Shown in pieces: positions 40,350 to 49,573 of a stretch of DNA of 64,000 bases (within the stretch, counting starts at the first letter, position 1; each line of letters begins with the position of its first letter). The position numbers and the translations under genes are program-made. The DNA is taken from contig CAVWIP010000015.1 of the NCBI GenBank assembly GCA_963755125.1, positions 288,001 to 352,000 on the forward strand, in the 5' to 3' direction. Origin of the DNA: an uncultured delta proteobacterium. GTDB taxonomy: Bacteria; Myxococcota_A; Polyangia; Fen-1088. Below the pieces are notes generated by a model that did not search any database, had not been told where the DNA came from, and saw only the letters and a program-made list of their open reading frames with translations.

Positions 40350-42518
40350 ATGACAACCCACACTCGCCGCAGTGAAGGTTCCTTGGCCGCACTCCTGCTC
40401 GCAGGATTGTCGGCCGCATGCATGTCCGATCCATTGGCAGGCACCAGCCAGCCCAACGACGCCGGCGCGAATCCTGGGGGTGGGACAGTCGCCACCGGGA
40501 GCACGACGAGCCCAGCCGGTGGCACGACGAGCCCGACGAGCCCGGCCGGAGGCACGACTGGCCCAGCAGCCGGAGGTGCGACGAGCCCGGCCGGTGGCAC
40601 GACTGGCCCGGCAGCCGGAGGCACGACTGGCCCAGCAGCCGGAGGCGCGACGAGCCCGGCCGGAGGTACGACGAGCCCGGCCGGAGGTACGACTGGCCCA
40701 GCAGCCGGAGGCGCGACGAGCGCAAGTGAGGCCGTGGCGAACGCAGTCGACATTTTCCCATTGACCTCCTTCACCGTCTTGGTCAGCCCGCCGCGCGAAG
40801 TCGACATCTTGTTCATGATCGACAATTCCCCTTCGATGGATCCCAAGCAGCAGGCACTGGCTGCCAACTTCCCAAAGATGATCCAGGTACTGCAGAACCT
40901 TCCGGACCCTTCCGACCCTTCGGGCACAGCTGTAAGTTTGCCCGACGTCCACATCGGTGTGATCAGCAGCGACCTGGGGGCTGGCTCCGACAATATCGGC
41001 GGCAACTGCTCGCGGGTTCTGGGCGATCGCGGCCTTCTGTGGGGGAACGATCCCAACAACCCGATTGCCTCGGTCGCGCCCGGCAATACGTTATATTCGA
41101 CCGCCGCCGGTCAAATTTCAACCTACCCGACACCCAACGGGTGCGGCCTCAACTCGGGCGCCCGCTGGATCATAGATGTCGCGAATGCGAATGGGACCGG
41201 GCGGACGCAGAACTACACGGGAAATCTCACGGACGTATTCACCTGCCTCGCCCAGTCCGTGGGAATCGCGGGCTGCGGTTACGAGCACCAGTTGCAATCG
41301 ATTCAAGTCGCGCTCAACCCCCAACAGGTGAATTGCAACGCCCAAGGCAATAACTGCACCGATATCAACATGGAGAACGTCGGCTTCCTGCGTCCCGAGG
41401 CCTACCTGGCCATCGTTTTCATCAGCGACGAGGATGACGACTCTGCTCCGGTCCCCGACACAACCCCCGATGGCAGCAACAGCAACGATGGCATGTTCCT
41501 GAACAGGCCCCCTGGGGAAACCGCCAGCATGAAAGCTGCGACGCGTGGCCATCTGTGCGGCGGCCAGCCAATCCCTGGCTACGACCCGGTGAACGGCTTC
41601 ACCCCGCAGAACCCGGCCCCGACGCCCAATGTTGGACCTGGAACAGGCGTCTTGGGGTTCATGCACCCCTTTTCCGATTGCACGGACAAGGAGCAGCTCG
41701 ATAGGAACAATCCAGACCCCGCCTACCTTCCGCTCATCGACGTGCGGGACATCATCGACAGCGTCAACGGTGTCAAGGGCAATCCCCAGACCCAGATCCT
41801 CGTGTCTGGCATTTTCGGCTGGCCCCCGGACACTGCCTTGCCCAATGTCCAGACCACGGATCAATACAGGATCGGGGTTGACACCACGTCGCTCCCGGCC
41901 CCGGAGAACACCTTATGGGACTACATGCCCATTTGCTGGAATCCCACTGTGCAGGCCTCTGACGGCAACATCTACAAAGCCTACGGCGGTCTTCGCCATA
42001 ACAAGTTCGTCAGTGCCTTCGGCGCCAACGGACAGCGTTTCAGCATCTGCAACCAGGACTTCACGGACGCGATGACCCAAATTGGTACTGCGATCGCGCA
42101 GGTGCTGAAGCCAGGTTGCGTGCAGTACCCGTTGATCGACACGAACCCGACTGTCCCTGGCGTGCAGCCCGAATGCCAGGCTGTCTACGAGATAGCGTGC
42201 AACACGCCGGGCCAGGGCACGTGCCTTTCCAACGGCTACCAGGAACAGACTCTCCCCGAGTGCATGGACCCTACCACGGGGAACCCTCTCGTACCCTTGA
42301 ATCCCCCAACCGGCAATATCCCGGACTCCGCGCGGCCTTGCTGGTACCTCTTGTACGATTCGGACCCAACCACGGGCTGCCCGAACACATACATGAACCA
42401 GAGAATCACTGCCTTGCGGCCAAGCACCCAGCCGCAGGCGCCGGCAGGCACGCTGCTCGCGCTGACCTGTTTAACCTGTCCGGCGTCTGACCCAGGGTGC
42501 GGCGTGGCGGGGCACTAG
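40350..42518 (+). CDS. Cys-rich lipoprotein with vWA-like MIDAS domain
   Basis: Lipobox LSAAC, DILFMIDNSPSM (DxSxS), FLRPEAYLAIVFISDEDD, many Cys; start ATG 40350. Confidence 0.85.
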   Translation: MTTHTRRSEGSLAALLLAGLSAACMSDPLAGTSQPNDAGANPGGGTVATGSTTSPAGGTTSPTSPAGGTTGPAAGGATSPAGGTTGPAAGGTTGPAAGGATSPAGGTTSPAGGTTGPAAGGATSASEAVANAVDIFPLTSFTVLVSPPREVDILFMIDNSPSMDPKQQALAANFPKMIQVLQNLPDPSDPSGTAVSLPDVHIGVISSDLGAGSDNIGGNCSRVLGDRGLLWGNDPNNPIASVAPGNTLYSTAAGQISTYPTPNGCGLNSGARWIIDVANANGTGRTQNYTGNLTDVFTCLAQSVGIAGCGYEHQLQSIQVALNPQQVNCNAQGNNCTDINMENVGFLRPEAYLAIVFISDEDDDSAPVPDTTPDGSNSNDGMFLNRPPGETASMKAATRGHLCGGQPIPGYDPVNGFTPQNPAPTPNVGPGTGVLGFMHPFSDCTDKEQLDRNNPDPAYLPLIDVRDIIDSVNGVKGNPQTQILVSGIFGWPPDTALPNVQTTDQYRIGVDTTSLPAPENTLWDYMPICWNPTVQASDGNIYKAYGGLRHNKFVSAFGANGQRFSICNQDFTDAMTQIGTAIAQVLKPGCVQYPLIDTNPTVPGVQPECQAVYEIACNTPGQGTCLSNGYQEQTLPECMDPTTGNPLVPLNPPTGNIPDSARPCWYLLYDSDPTTGCPNTYMNQRITALRPSTQPQAPAGTLLALTCLTCPASDPGCGVAGH
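40500..40722 (+). repeat. Coding tandem repeat of mixed 21-bp and 24-bp units
   Basis: About nine units encoding (T/A)TSPAGG and TTGPAAGG. Confidence 0.9.
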
Positions 42519-42545
42519 CCGCCCGAGGGTGCGTCCGTGTCGGTT

Positions 42546-42558
42546 CGACCTGCGGTCG
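42546..42558. repeat. REP-like core
   Basis: CGACCTGCGGTCG, intergenic. Confidence 0.6.
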
Positions 42559-42625
42559 CTCCTGCGGTGGCCGGCTCGCGGCTCTGCTTGACATACGGGC
42601 CTAGTTTCCCAATAGTGGCTGCCGC

Positions 42626-42796
42626 ATGGGAAAGCACGACAACCGCCGTTCAAAGAAGATGCGCCAACGCGTGAGCCAGAACAAGTACAAGGCGCGGATC
42701 AAGAGACAGAAGGCCGAGCGCCACGCCGCCCGCGGAACGCCGGCAAAGGCCCCGAGAAAGCCGCGGGCTGCCGCGCCCGCGCCTGCTAAGGAATAG
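42626..42796 (+). CDS. Small basic protein (56 aa), absent from the ORF track
   Basis: MGKHDNRRSKKMRQRVSQNKYKARIKRQKAERHAARGTPAKAPRKPRAAAPAPAKE*; purine-rich strand bias; fills the gap before mutS. Confidence 0.75.
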   Translation: MGKHDNRRSKKMRQRVSQNKYKARIKRQKAERHAARGTPAKAPRKPRAAAPAPAKE

Positions 42797-42834
42797 TCTT
42801 TCGCCGGGCCTCCGAAAAGGTCCAGGGAGGTCAC

Positions 42835-45591
42835 GTGAGCGGCGAGAGGGACAGCGGCGCGAAAGGGGCCGGGCCAACGCCCGATGCGCCGAGCGGCCAG
42901 CCCGACCAGGCCACCACCGCGCTCATGCGCCAGTACCTCGACGTGAAGTCGCGGTACCCCGACGCCATCGTGTTCTTCCGTCTCGGGGACTTCTACGAGA
43001 TGTTCTACGAGGACGCGGTCTACGCATCTCGCGTGCTCTCGCTCACGCAGACCACGCGCGACAAGGGCAAGGAGAATCCGGTGCCCATGTGCGGGGTGCC
43101 GCACCACTCGGCGCGCGGCTACATCGCCCGCCTCACAGAGCTGGGCCATCGGGTGGCCATCTGCGAGCAGTTGGAAGACCCGAAACTGGTCAAGGGCCTG
43201 GTCAAGCGCGGCGTGGTTCGCATCGTCACTCCGGGGGTGATTCTCGACGAGGAATCGCTGGAACCTCGCGCGCCCAACTACGTAGCGGCGGTGGCTGGCG
43301 AAAGCCGCGACGGCTTCGGCCTGGCTTTCATCGACGTGACCACCGGCGATTTCCGCGCCACCGAGGCCGCCACCAGCGAGGGCTTGCTCGATGAGCTGGC
43401 TCGGGTCGATCCGCGCGAACTGCTGCTGCCGCGCGGGCAAGGCGATCTGGCGTCGCTGGTCCGGCGCGCCTACCCACGACTGGCGCAGACGCCGATCAGC
43501 ATAGACGACGAGCCCGAGTCAATTTCCGCGCTGGCCGACGGACTCGGCCCCGGCCTGGATCGGGACGCGCTCGCCCGCGCCCCGCAGGCCAGCCTGGCCG
43601 CCAGCCGCGTCCTGCGCTATGTGCGCGCGACCCAGCTCTCCGCGCCCCTGCCGGTGGCGCGCCTCGAACTCTTCCGGCGCGACGAGTTCCTGGTCATCGA
43701 CGAGCAAGCGCGCTCGCACCTGGAGCTCATCGAGACCATGCTGGAGCGCAAGCGGGCGGGCTCCCTGCTCGACACCCTGGACGTCACCGCCACGGCCATG
43801 GGCGCCCGGCTCTTGCGTCGCTGGCTGCTCTTTCCCTTGCTCGACTTGGCCCGCATCCGGCGCCGCCATGACGCCGTCGAGCGCCTGGTGGAGCGACAAG
43901 CCGCGCGCGAGGCTACGCGCAAGATCCTGTCGGAGATGGGCGACATCGAGCGGCTGGTGAGTCGCGCGTGCCTGGGCGTGGCCAGCCCGCGCGATCTGGT
44001 CGCGCTGGGCCGTTCTTTGCAGCAGTTGCCCGATCTGGCGGCGGCCTTGCAGCAGGCCGTGGACCCGATGGCGGCGCTCGCCGCGGCCGGCACGGGAGCC
44101 GACCTGCTTGACCTGGGCCAGGATCTCGCACAGGACATCGCCGATTCCATCGTCGCCACGCTGGAGGACAACGCGCCTGCCATGACCAAGGAAGGCGGTT
44201 TCATCCGGGCCGGGGTATCGGCGGAACTCGACGAGTTGCGTGCTGTCTCCTCGGGCGGGCGCGACCAGATTGCGGCCATCGAGGCGCGCGAGCGCGAGCG
44301 CACCGGGATCGCCTCGCTCAAGGTCAAGTACAACAGCGTGTTCGGCTACTACATCGAGATCACACGTACCCACCTGGCCAACGTACCGGCGGACTACACG
44401 CGAAAGCAGACGGTGGCCAATGCCGAGCGTTTCGTGACCGCCGAGCTGGCTAACTACGAAGCCAAGATCCTGGGCGCTGACGAGCGCCGGGTGGCGTTGG
44501 AGCAGGCGCTTTTCTCCACGCTGCGCGATCAGGTCGGGGCGGCGGCCTCGCGCGTGCTGGAGCTGGCCGGCCGGGTGGCTGCGGCCGATGTGGTCGCGGC
44601 ACTGGCAGAGCAGGCCCACCGCCACGGCTATTGCCGGCCCGTGGTCGACGATTCCGAGGTGCTGGAGCTGTGGGACAGCCGGCACCCGGTGGTGGAACGG
44701 CTGGCGGCCACCGGGGGCTTCGTGCCCAACGACCTGCGCCTGGATACCGAGCGCGAGCAGATTCTCGTGGTGACCGGACCGAACATGGCGGGCAAGTCGA
44801 CGCTGATTCGCCAAGCCGCCTTGTCGGTGATCCTGGCCCAGGCGGGCAGCTTCGTGCCCGCGCGCGCGGCGCGCATCGGCCTGTGCGACCGCGTCTTCAC
44901 CCGCGTGGGCGCGGGCGACAACCTGGCGCGCGGCGAATCCACCTTCCTGCTGGAAATGCGGGAGACCGCGCACATCCTGCGCCACGCGACCCGCAAGAGC
45001 CTGATCATCCTCGACGAGATCGGGCGAGGGACGTCGACCTACGACGGCGTTTCCATCGCCTGGGCCGTGGCCGAGCACCTGCACGACGTGGTCGGTGCGC
45101 GCACGCTGTTCGCCACCCACTATCACGAGCTGTGCGACCTGCACGATTCGCACCCGCGCGTGCACGACGTCAGCGTGGCTGCGCGCGAATGGCAGGGCGA
45201 GGTCGTGTTCCTGCGCAAGCTGACCCCGGGCGGAACCAGCCGGTCGTTCGGCGTCGAGGTAGCCAAGCTCGCTGGCCTGCCGCCCGCGGTGGTCGGGCGA
45301 GCCCGCGCCATCCTTGAACGCTTGCAACTCGGCGCCGCCAGCCCGCGCCGTCCTGACGAGCCGCACCCGGCGTTGCCTGGCCAGGGCGAGGCGCCCCAAC
45401 TCGGGCTGTTCGAGCCGCGCGGGCAGAAGTCCCTGTCGGACGCTGTGCCGGAGCCGGATGTCGCGAATGAGCGGGAGGTCGTGGCCGCGCTTCGGGCCGC
45501 CGATCTTGAGGGCCTGTCACCTCGTGCGGCCTGGGATCTGCTGGCTGAATTGCGAAAGAAGTTGACGGATGGCCGATCCGGCCGCCCATGA
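42835..45591 (+). CDS. mutS: DNA mismatch repair protein MutS
   Basis: FRLGDFYEMF, GPNMAGKS, GESTF, DEIGRGTST, FATHYHEL. Confidence 0.98.
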   Translation: MSGERDSGAKGAGPTPDAPSGQPDQATTALMRQYLDVKSRYPDAIVFFRLGDFYEMFYEDAVYASRVLSLTQTTRDKGKENPVPMCGVPHHSARGYIARLTELGHRVAICEQLEDPKLVKGLVKRGVVRIVTPGVILDEESLEPRAPNYVAAVAGESRDGFGLAFIDVTTGDFRATEAATSEGLLDELARVDPRELLLPRGQGDLASLVRRAYPRLAQTPISIDDEPESISALADGLGPGLDRDALARAPQASLAASRVLRYVRATQLSAPLPVARLELFRRDEFLVIDEQARSHLELIETMLERKRAGSLLDTLDVTATAMGARLLRRWLLFPLLDLARIRRRHDAVERLVERQAAREATRKILSEMGDIERLVSRACLGVASPRDLVALGRSLQQLPDLAAALQQAVDPMAALAAAGTGADLLDLGQDLAQDIADSIVATLEDNAPAMTKEGGFIRAGVSAELDELRAVSSGGRDQIAAIEARERERTGIASLKVKYNSVFGYYIEITRTHLANVPADYTRKQTVANAERFVTAELANYEAKILGADERRVALEQALFSTLRDQVGAAASRVLELAGRVAAADVVAALAEQAHRHGYCRPVVDDSEVLELWDSRHPVVERLAATGGFVPNDLRLDTEREQILVVTGPNMAGKSTLIRQAALSVILAQAGSFVPARAARIGLCDRVFTRVGAGDNLARGESTFLLEMRETAHILRHATRKSLIILDEIGRGTSTYDGVSIAWAVAEHLHDVVGARTLFATHYHELCDLHDSHPRVHDVSVAAREWQGEVVFLRKLTPGGTSRSFGVEVAKLAGLPPAVVGRARAILERLQLGAASPRRPDEPHPALPGQGEAPQLGLFEPRGQKSLSDAVPEPDVANEREVVAALRAADLEGLSPRAAWDLLAELRKKLTDGRSGRP

Positions 45592-45600
45592 TTAGGGGTC

Positions 45601-46464
45601 GTGGCTGTACACCGCGCGGCGCTTGCGCTCCTGATTGTTTCTCTTTCCAGCATCGTCATTGCTGCGCCGGTTCGCGCGCCTGACGGCGGAACCGGCACGC
45701 GGCCCGCCTCGCCTAAAGCCGTCGGAACGACGAAGTCCTCGACCTCGGTCAAGAAGTCCTCAACCTCGGTCAAGAAGATCAAGCCGCTGCGCAATCCACC
45801 AGTCGACCTCTTCCAGATCAACACCAAGGAGTCCTTCGTGTTGCGCTTTGCCGATGAGCGCGGCCGTCCCATCGTGGGTTGGCAGAAGCGATTCCAGCGC
45901 TTCATGCGCTGTCACCACACCAACACCCAGCACAAGATCGACCCGCGCCTGCCGCGCTTGCTCTATCAGACGGGGCGACATTTTGCCGGGCACCGTCTGG
46001 AAGTCATCTCCGGCTACCGCAACCCCAAGGTCGCGCGCAACCCGAAAAGTCCCCACAAGAAGGGACTGGCCTGCGATTTTCGCCTCGCAGGTATACCCAA
46101 CGCGACCCTGCGCGAGTACCTGCGCCACACGTTCGATCACGTGGGCGTCGGGTTCTATCCCAATTCATCCTTTGTTCACCTGGACGTGCGCAAAGGGCCG
46201 TCGGCGTTCTGGATCGACTACTCCGGGCCGGGCGAGGGCGCTGCGTACTCCGGGAATGCGCGCGAGGACCTGCGCACGGGCAAGGCCGACTGGTACAGGC
46301 CGGCCCCAGGCGAGCGGGTTTCCTCGAAGGCGGAGCGTGCGGAAAGCGTGGACGACCTGATGGAAACGGCCGTCAAGGGAGGGGCCGAGCCGGGCGGCGA
46401 CGGTCCCAGGGCTGCAGCCGCAACGCAGCGGGGAAGCCAGGCGCGTACCGATGCGCCGAACTAG
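45601..46464 (+). CDS. YcbK/DUF882 family M15 (LAS) peptidase
   Basis: ISGYRNP, SPHKKGLACD, GVGFYPNSSFVHLDVR; signal peptide. Confidence 0.88.
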   Translation: MAVHRAALALLIVSLSSIVIAAPVRAPDGGTGTRPASPKAVGTTKSSTSVKKSSTSVKKIKPLRNPPVDLFQINTKESFVLRFADERGRPIVGWQKRFQRFMRCHHTNTQHKIDPRLPRLLYQTGRHFAGHRLEVISGYRNPKVARNPKSPHKKGLACDFRLAGIPNATLREYLRHTFDHVGVGFYPNSSFVHLDVRKGPSAFWIDYSGPGEGAAYSGNAREDLRTGKADWYRPAPGERVSSKAERAESVDDLMETAVKGGAEPGGDGPRAAAATQRGSQARTDAPN

Positions 46465-46600
46465 CGCTTCTCGGCTTTGTCGATTGTCGAAACCAGGCCG
46501 GCAGTGCTAGAAGGCTACTAAGTACCGCCCACGGACCATGTTCGCCCTTGCTCGAGGCCCAAAGGGGCGGCACGGGCGTAGACGCAGAGGAGAATTCCAG

Positions 46601-47533
46601 ATGAAGAAGCTCGGTGTTTCCTTGGTGGCAGGGCTGCTGGTGTTGGCGACCGCACAGCATGCGACGGCGGCCAAGGCAAAGAAGGCCAAGGAGGAGAAGG
46701 CCCGCGGGCCTGCTCCGGTGGCCAAGGCTGACGCCATCAGCGAGATCAGGGGCGAGTACAAATGGGCGATGACAATGCAGCAGGTTATCGACAAGATCAG
46801 CGCGCGCATCGAGGCGTCGTACAAGGACAGGATCGCCGCGACCACCGCTGACCCGAGCCGGAACGACAAGTTCCGCAAAGCGATGCGCGACGAGATCGCG
46901 GCGATGAAGAAGAACGTGGTCAAGTTCGATGGCCAGAAGGGCCCGTGGGACGTGTCGATCATCGACCAAGAGATCGTGCAGGGACAGGGCCAGTCGATGC
47001 TCTTCACCAAAGAGGAGAAATCCACCCGCTACTTCTTCTTCGACCACGACAGCCTGTACAAGATGTTCATTGCCTTCGACAAGGAGATGCTGCAGGGAAA
47101 GAACTTCAAGGACTTCGGTGTCGCCATGCAGACGAAGTTCGGCAAGGCACAAGAGGTCTACGTCAACCAGAGCTATCTCGGGGTCAAGGAGAGGAAGCTC
47201 GATCACCTGCTCTGGCGGTCGAGCACCGGTGACGGGCTCAAGCTGGTGGATCGATCCGAGTTCTATGACGTGTACTGCCTGGTCTTGTACGACAACAGCG
47301 TCGAGCAACGCATGGCGTCCGCGCGCAAGGCGATCGAAGCTGCCCAGCCCAAGGGTTCAATGATCGACAGCGTGGTCGGGGGCAAGGAATCGGATCGCGA
47401 CGAGAACGACAACGTGATCGATCGCATTACGGGCAAAGAGGTCTTCAAGCCCGGCGACCGGCGCGCTGCGCAGCAGAACATCACCGTGCCGTCCCCTGGT
47501 GCCCCTGCGCCTGCCGGCGACATCGACAAGTGA
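46601..47533 (+). CDS. Secreted hypothetical protein
   Basis: AGGAG RBS, MKKLGV...ATA signal peptide, strong codon bias. Confidence 0.85.
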   Translation: MKKLGVSLVAGLLVLATAQHATAAKAKKAKEEKARGPAPVAKADAISEIRGEYKWAMTMQQVIDKISARIEASYKDRIAATTADPSRNDKFRKAMRDEIAAMKKNVVKFDGQKGPWDVSIIDQEIVQGQGQSMLFTKEEKSTRYFFFDHDSLYKMFIAFDKEMLQGKNFKDFGVAMQTKFGKAQEVYVNQSYLGVKERKLDHLLWRSSTGDGLKLVDRSEFYDVYCLVLYDNSVEQRMASARKAIEAAQPKGSMIDSVVGGKESDRDENDNVIDRITGKEVFKPGDRRAAQQNITVPSPGAPAPAGDIDK

Positions 47534-47572
47534 CCCGGCGCCGGTAATCGGCGTGCCCGAATGCTGTGTTGC

Positions 47573-47601
47573 TTGACAGCGGCCGGGCGGCTCCGCAAAA
47601 T
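47573..47601 (+). promoter_or_regulatory. Sigma70 promoter of rpsT
   Basis: TTGACA-N17-CAAAAT, ending 14 bp before the ATG; no SD sequence. Confidence 0.65.
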
Positions 47602-47615
47602 GCGACCCTTTCCCA

Positions 47616-47882
47616 ATGGCCAATATAAAGTCAGCCGAGAAGAAGAACCGACAGCGCATCAAGCGCCAGGCGCGCAATTCAGCCCAGAAGGCGGCGATGC
47701 GTACGGCAGTGAAGAAGCTGCGAGCCGCGGTTGCGGCCAAGGACGCGAAGCAGGCAGGTGAACTGCTCAAGTCAGCGACCACGCTCATCACCCGGCTTGG
47801 CGGGCGTGGCGCGATCAAGAAGCGCACCAGCTCGCGTCACGTGTCGCGGCTGACCGTCGCGGTCAACGCGCTGGCCAAGTAG
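47616..47882 (+). CDS. rpsT: 30S ribosomal protein S20
   Basis: MANIKSAEKKNRQ, MRTAVKK, SRHVSRL. Confidence 0.97.
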   Translation: MANIKSAEKKNRQRIKRQARNSAQKAAMRTAVKKLRAAVAAKDAKQAGELLKSATTLITRLGGRGAIKKRTSSRHVSRLTVAVNALAK

Positions 47883-47928
47883 TCCGGCGGCGGGCCGTCC
47901 GGGGCGGTGGCGCAGGTTGGCGAGCCGC

Positions 47929-47950
47929 GGGCCGGCCTTTCGGCCGGCCC
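47929..47950. terminator. GC hairpin between convergent rpsT and OmpA genes
   Basis: GGGCCGGCC-TTTC-GGCCGGCCC; no U-tract. Confidence 0.45.
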
Positions 47951-47967
47951 AGCCCGACAGGCTCCAG

Positions 47968-49389
47968 CTAGTTTCCAGTCAGGAGCTTGAACTCGGTTCG
48001 GCGGTTCTTTGCCTTGCCCGCCTTGGTTTTGTTGTCAGCGATGGGCTTCTCCGGGCCGTATCCGATCGCGGTCAGCCGCTCGGCCTTGATGCCCTTGTTG
48101 ACGAAGTACTCCTTGACCGCATCTGCGCGCTTCTGCGACAGCTCCTTGTTGTGCTCGTCCTTTCCGACGTTGTCGGTGTGACCGCTGATCTCGATCCTGG
48201 TGTCGGGGTAGTCCGTGAGGACCTGGACCGCTTTGTCGAGCACATCGTAGGACTTCTTGGTGAGGTTGGCGGAATTGGTCTTGAAGGTGATCCCTTCGAT
48301 AACGCCGGTGAACTTCTTCAGGGCGGCGGGCACCTCGTCCGGACATCCATCCTCATCCTGGTAGCCGTTGAAGGTTTCGGGCTCGTTCGGGCACTTGTCG
48401 ATGTTGTCCGGAATGCCATCGCCGTCGGTATCCTTGGGCGGCGGGCAGCCGTTCTTCGTGGGATCGTCGTTCTTGGGGCCTGGCTCGGTCGGGCAGGCAT
48501 CGTTGACGTCGAGGATGCCATCGCCGTCGGTGTCCTTGGGCAGCGGGCAGCCGTTCTTCGCGGGATCATCGCTCTTGGGGCCTGGCTCGGTCGGGCAGGC
48601 ATCGTTGACGTCGGGGATGCCGTCGCCGTCGGTGTCCTTGGGCGGCGGAGGCGGCGGGGGCGGCGGGGGCGGCGGGGGCGTAGGCCGAGTCCCGCCGAAC
48701 GCCAGGTATGCGGCCAGCAGGATCTCGTAATCGGGGGCGTGGAAGTGCCCCTCGTTGTACTTGCTGCTGTTCACAAACGCGGCGGGCGGGAACATGATGC
48801 GGCCGTCGAGGCGGAGCCCGAAGTTGTCGACAATCGGGAACTTCGAGCCCACGCCAACGTGGAACATGTCATCGGTGTCTTTGAAAGGTTCGCCGTTCGG
48901 ACCGGGAGAACTCTTGGGGAACTCCGACAGCGCGCCCCACCCGACGAGGGCGAAGGGCCGAACGTAGCCGGTGTGGATGAAGTTCCCAATCACCTGCCCG
49001 CGGTAGCCGACAATGATCTCGCGCGTGCCGCCGCTGGCGTCGGTGTAACGCGTGTGGGTGGGCGAGATCATGCCTTCGAGTTCGACGCCCACCCAGGGAA
49101 TGATGTTGTAGCTCAGGCGCAGACCGAAAGCCCCGCCCAAGTCAGGCGAATAGCCTTCGGGAGAGCCCACGTAGCGGCCGAGGCCGCTTTGTTTGTCGTA
49201 GAAATGCAGGCCACCAAAGATCCCGATCTCGAACGGCTGATCGAGCGGCGTTTCGTCGACAGCGGCTTTGTTTGCCGGGCTAGCCTCGGCGGCCATCGCG
49301 TACCTGGGCGCGCCGCCGGCCAGAGCAGCCAGCAATCCTGCGGTCAAGACACCCGAACTCAGCAACAACGTGTTTTTTCCACTCTTCAT
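47968..49389 (-). CDS. OmpA-family protein: beta-barrel, poly-Pro, thrombospondin type-3 repeats, peptidoglycan-binding domain
   Basis: DTDGDGIPD..DACP repeats, ISGHTD, LSQKRA, NRRTEF. Confidence 0.93.
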   Translation of the reverse strand: MKSGKNTLLLSSGVLTAGLLAALAGGAPRYAMAAEASPANKAAVDETPLDQPFEIGIFGGLHFYDKQSGLGRYVGSPEGYSPDLGGAFGLRLSYNIIPWVGVELEGMISPTHTRYTDASGGTREIIVGYRGQVIGNFIHTGYVRPFALVGWGALSEFPKSSPGPNGEPFKDTDDMFHVGVGSKFPIVDNFGLRLDGRIMFPPAAFVNSSKYNEGHFHAPDYEILLAAYLAFGGTRPTPPPPPPPPPPPPPKDTDGDGIPDVNDACPTEPGPKSDDPAKNGCPLPKDTDGDGILDVNDACPTEPGPKNDDPTKNGCPPPKDTDGDGIPDNIDKCPNEPETFNGYQDEDGCPDEVPAALKKFTGVIEGITFKTNSANLTKKSYDVLDKAVQVLTDYPDTRIEISGHTDNVGKDEHNKELSQKRADAVKEYFVNKGIKAERLTAIGYGPEKPIADNKTKAGKAKNRRTEFKLLTGN

Positions 49390-49573
49390 GCGATTTCCTT
49401 TCTTTTCCAAAACACAGCCATCTCCCGGCGGCTAGGCCGGCGCTACCCTCGGTTCGGCAATTCCCAGAACACGGAAACCTGGCACGAACCGGTGGCCTCG
49501 TCCCCCTCGCATCATGGACCGCAACAATGTCGGAGGATCGAGCGCGCGTCAACTGTCGCGATTTGCCCTGGAT

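Noticed and set aside
40500..40722. Possible CRISPR array
   Set aside because: Units are contiguous and in frame, with no unique spacers; no cas genes in the window
45730..45777. 21-bp tandem duplication encoding KSSTSVK in the DUF882 gene
   Set aside because: Two copies in a disordered linker; real but ordinary
48340..48680. 102-bp repeats and a G-rich run in the OmpA gene
   Set aside because: Explained by thrombospondin type-3 repeats and a poly-Pro hinge
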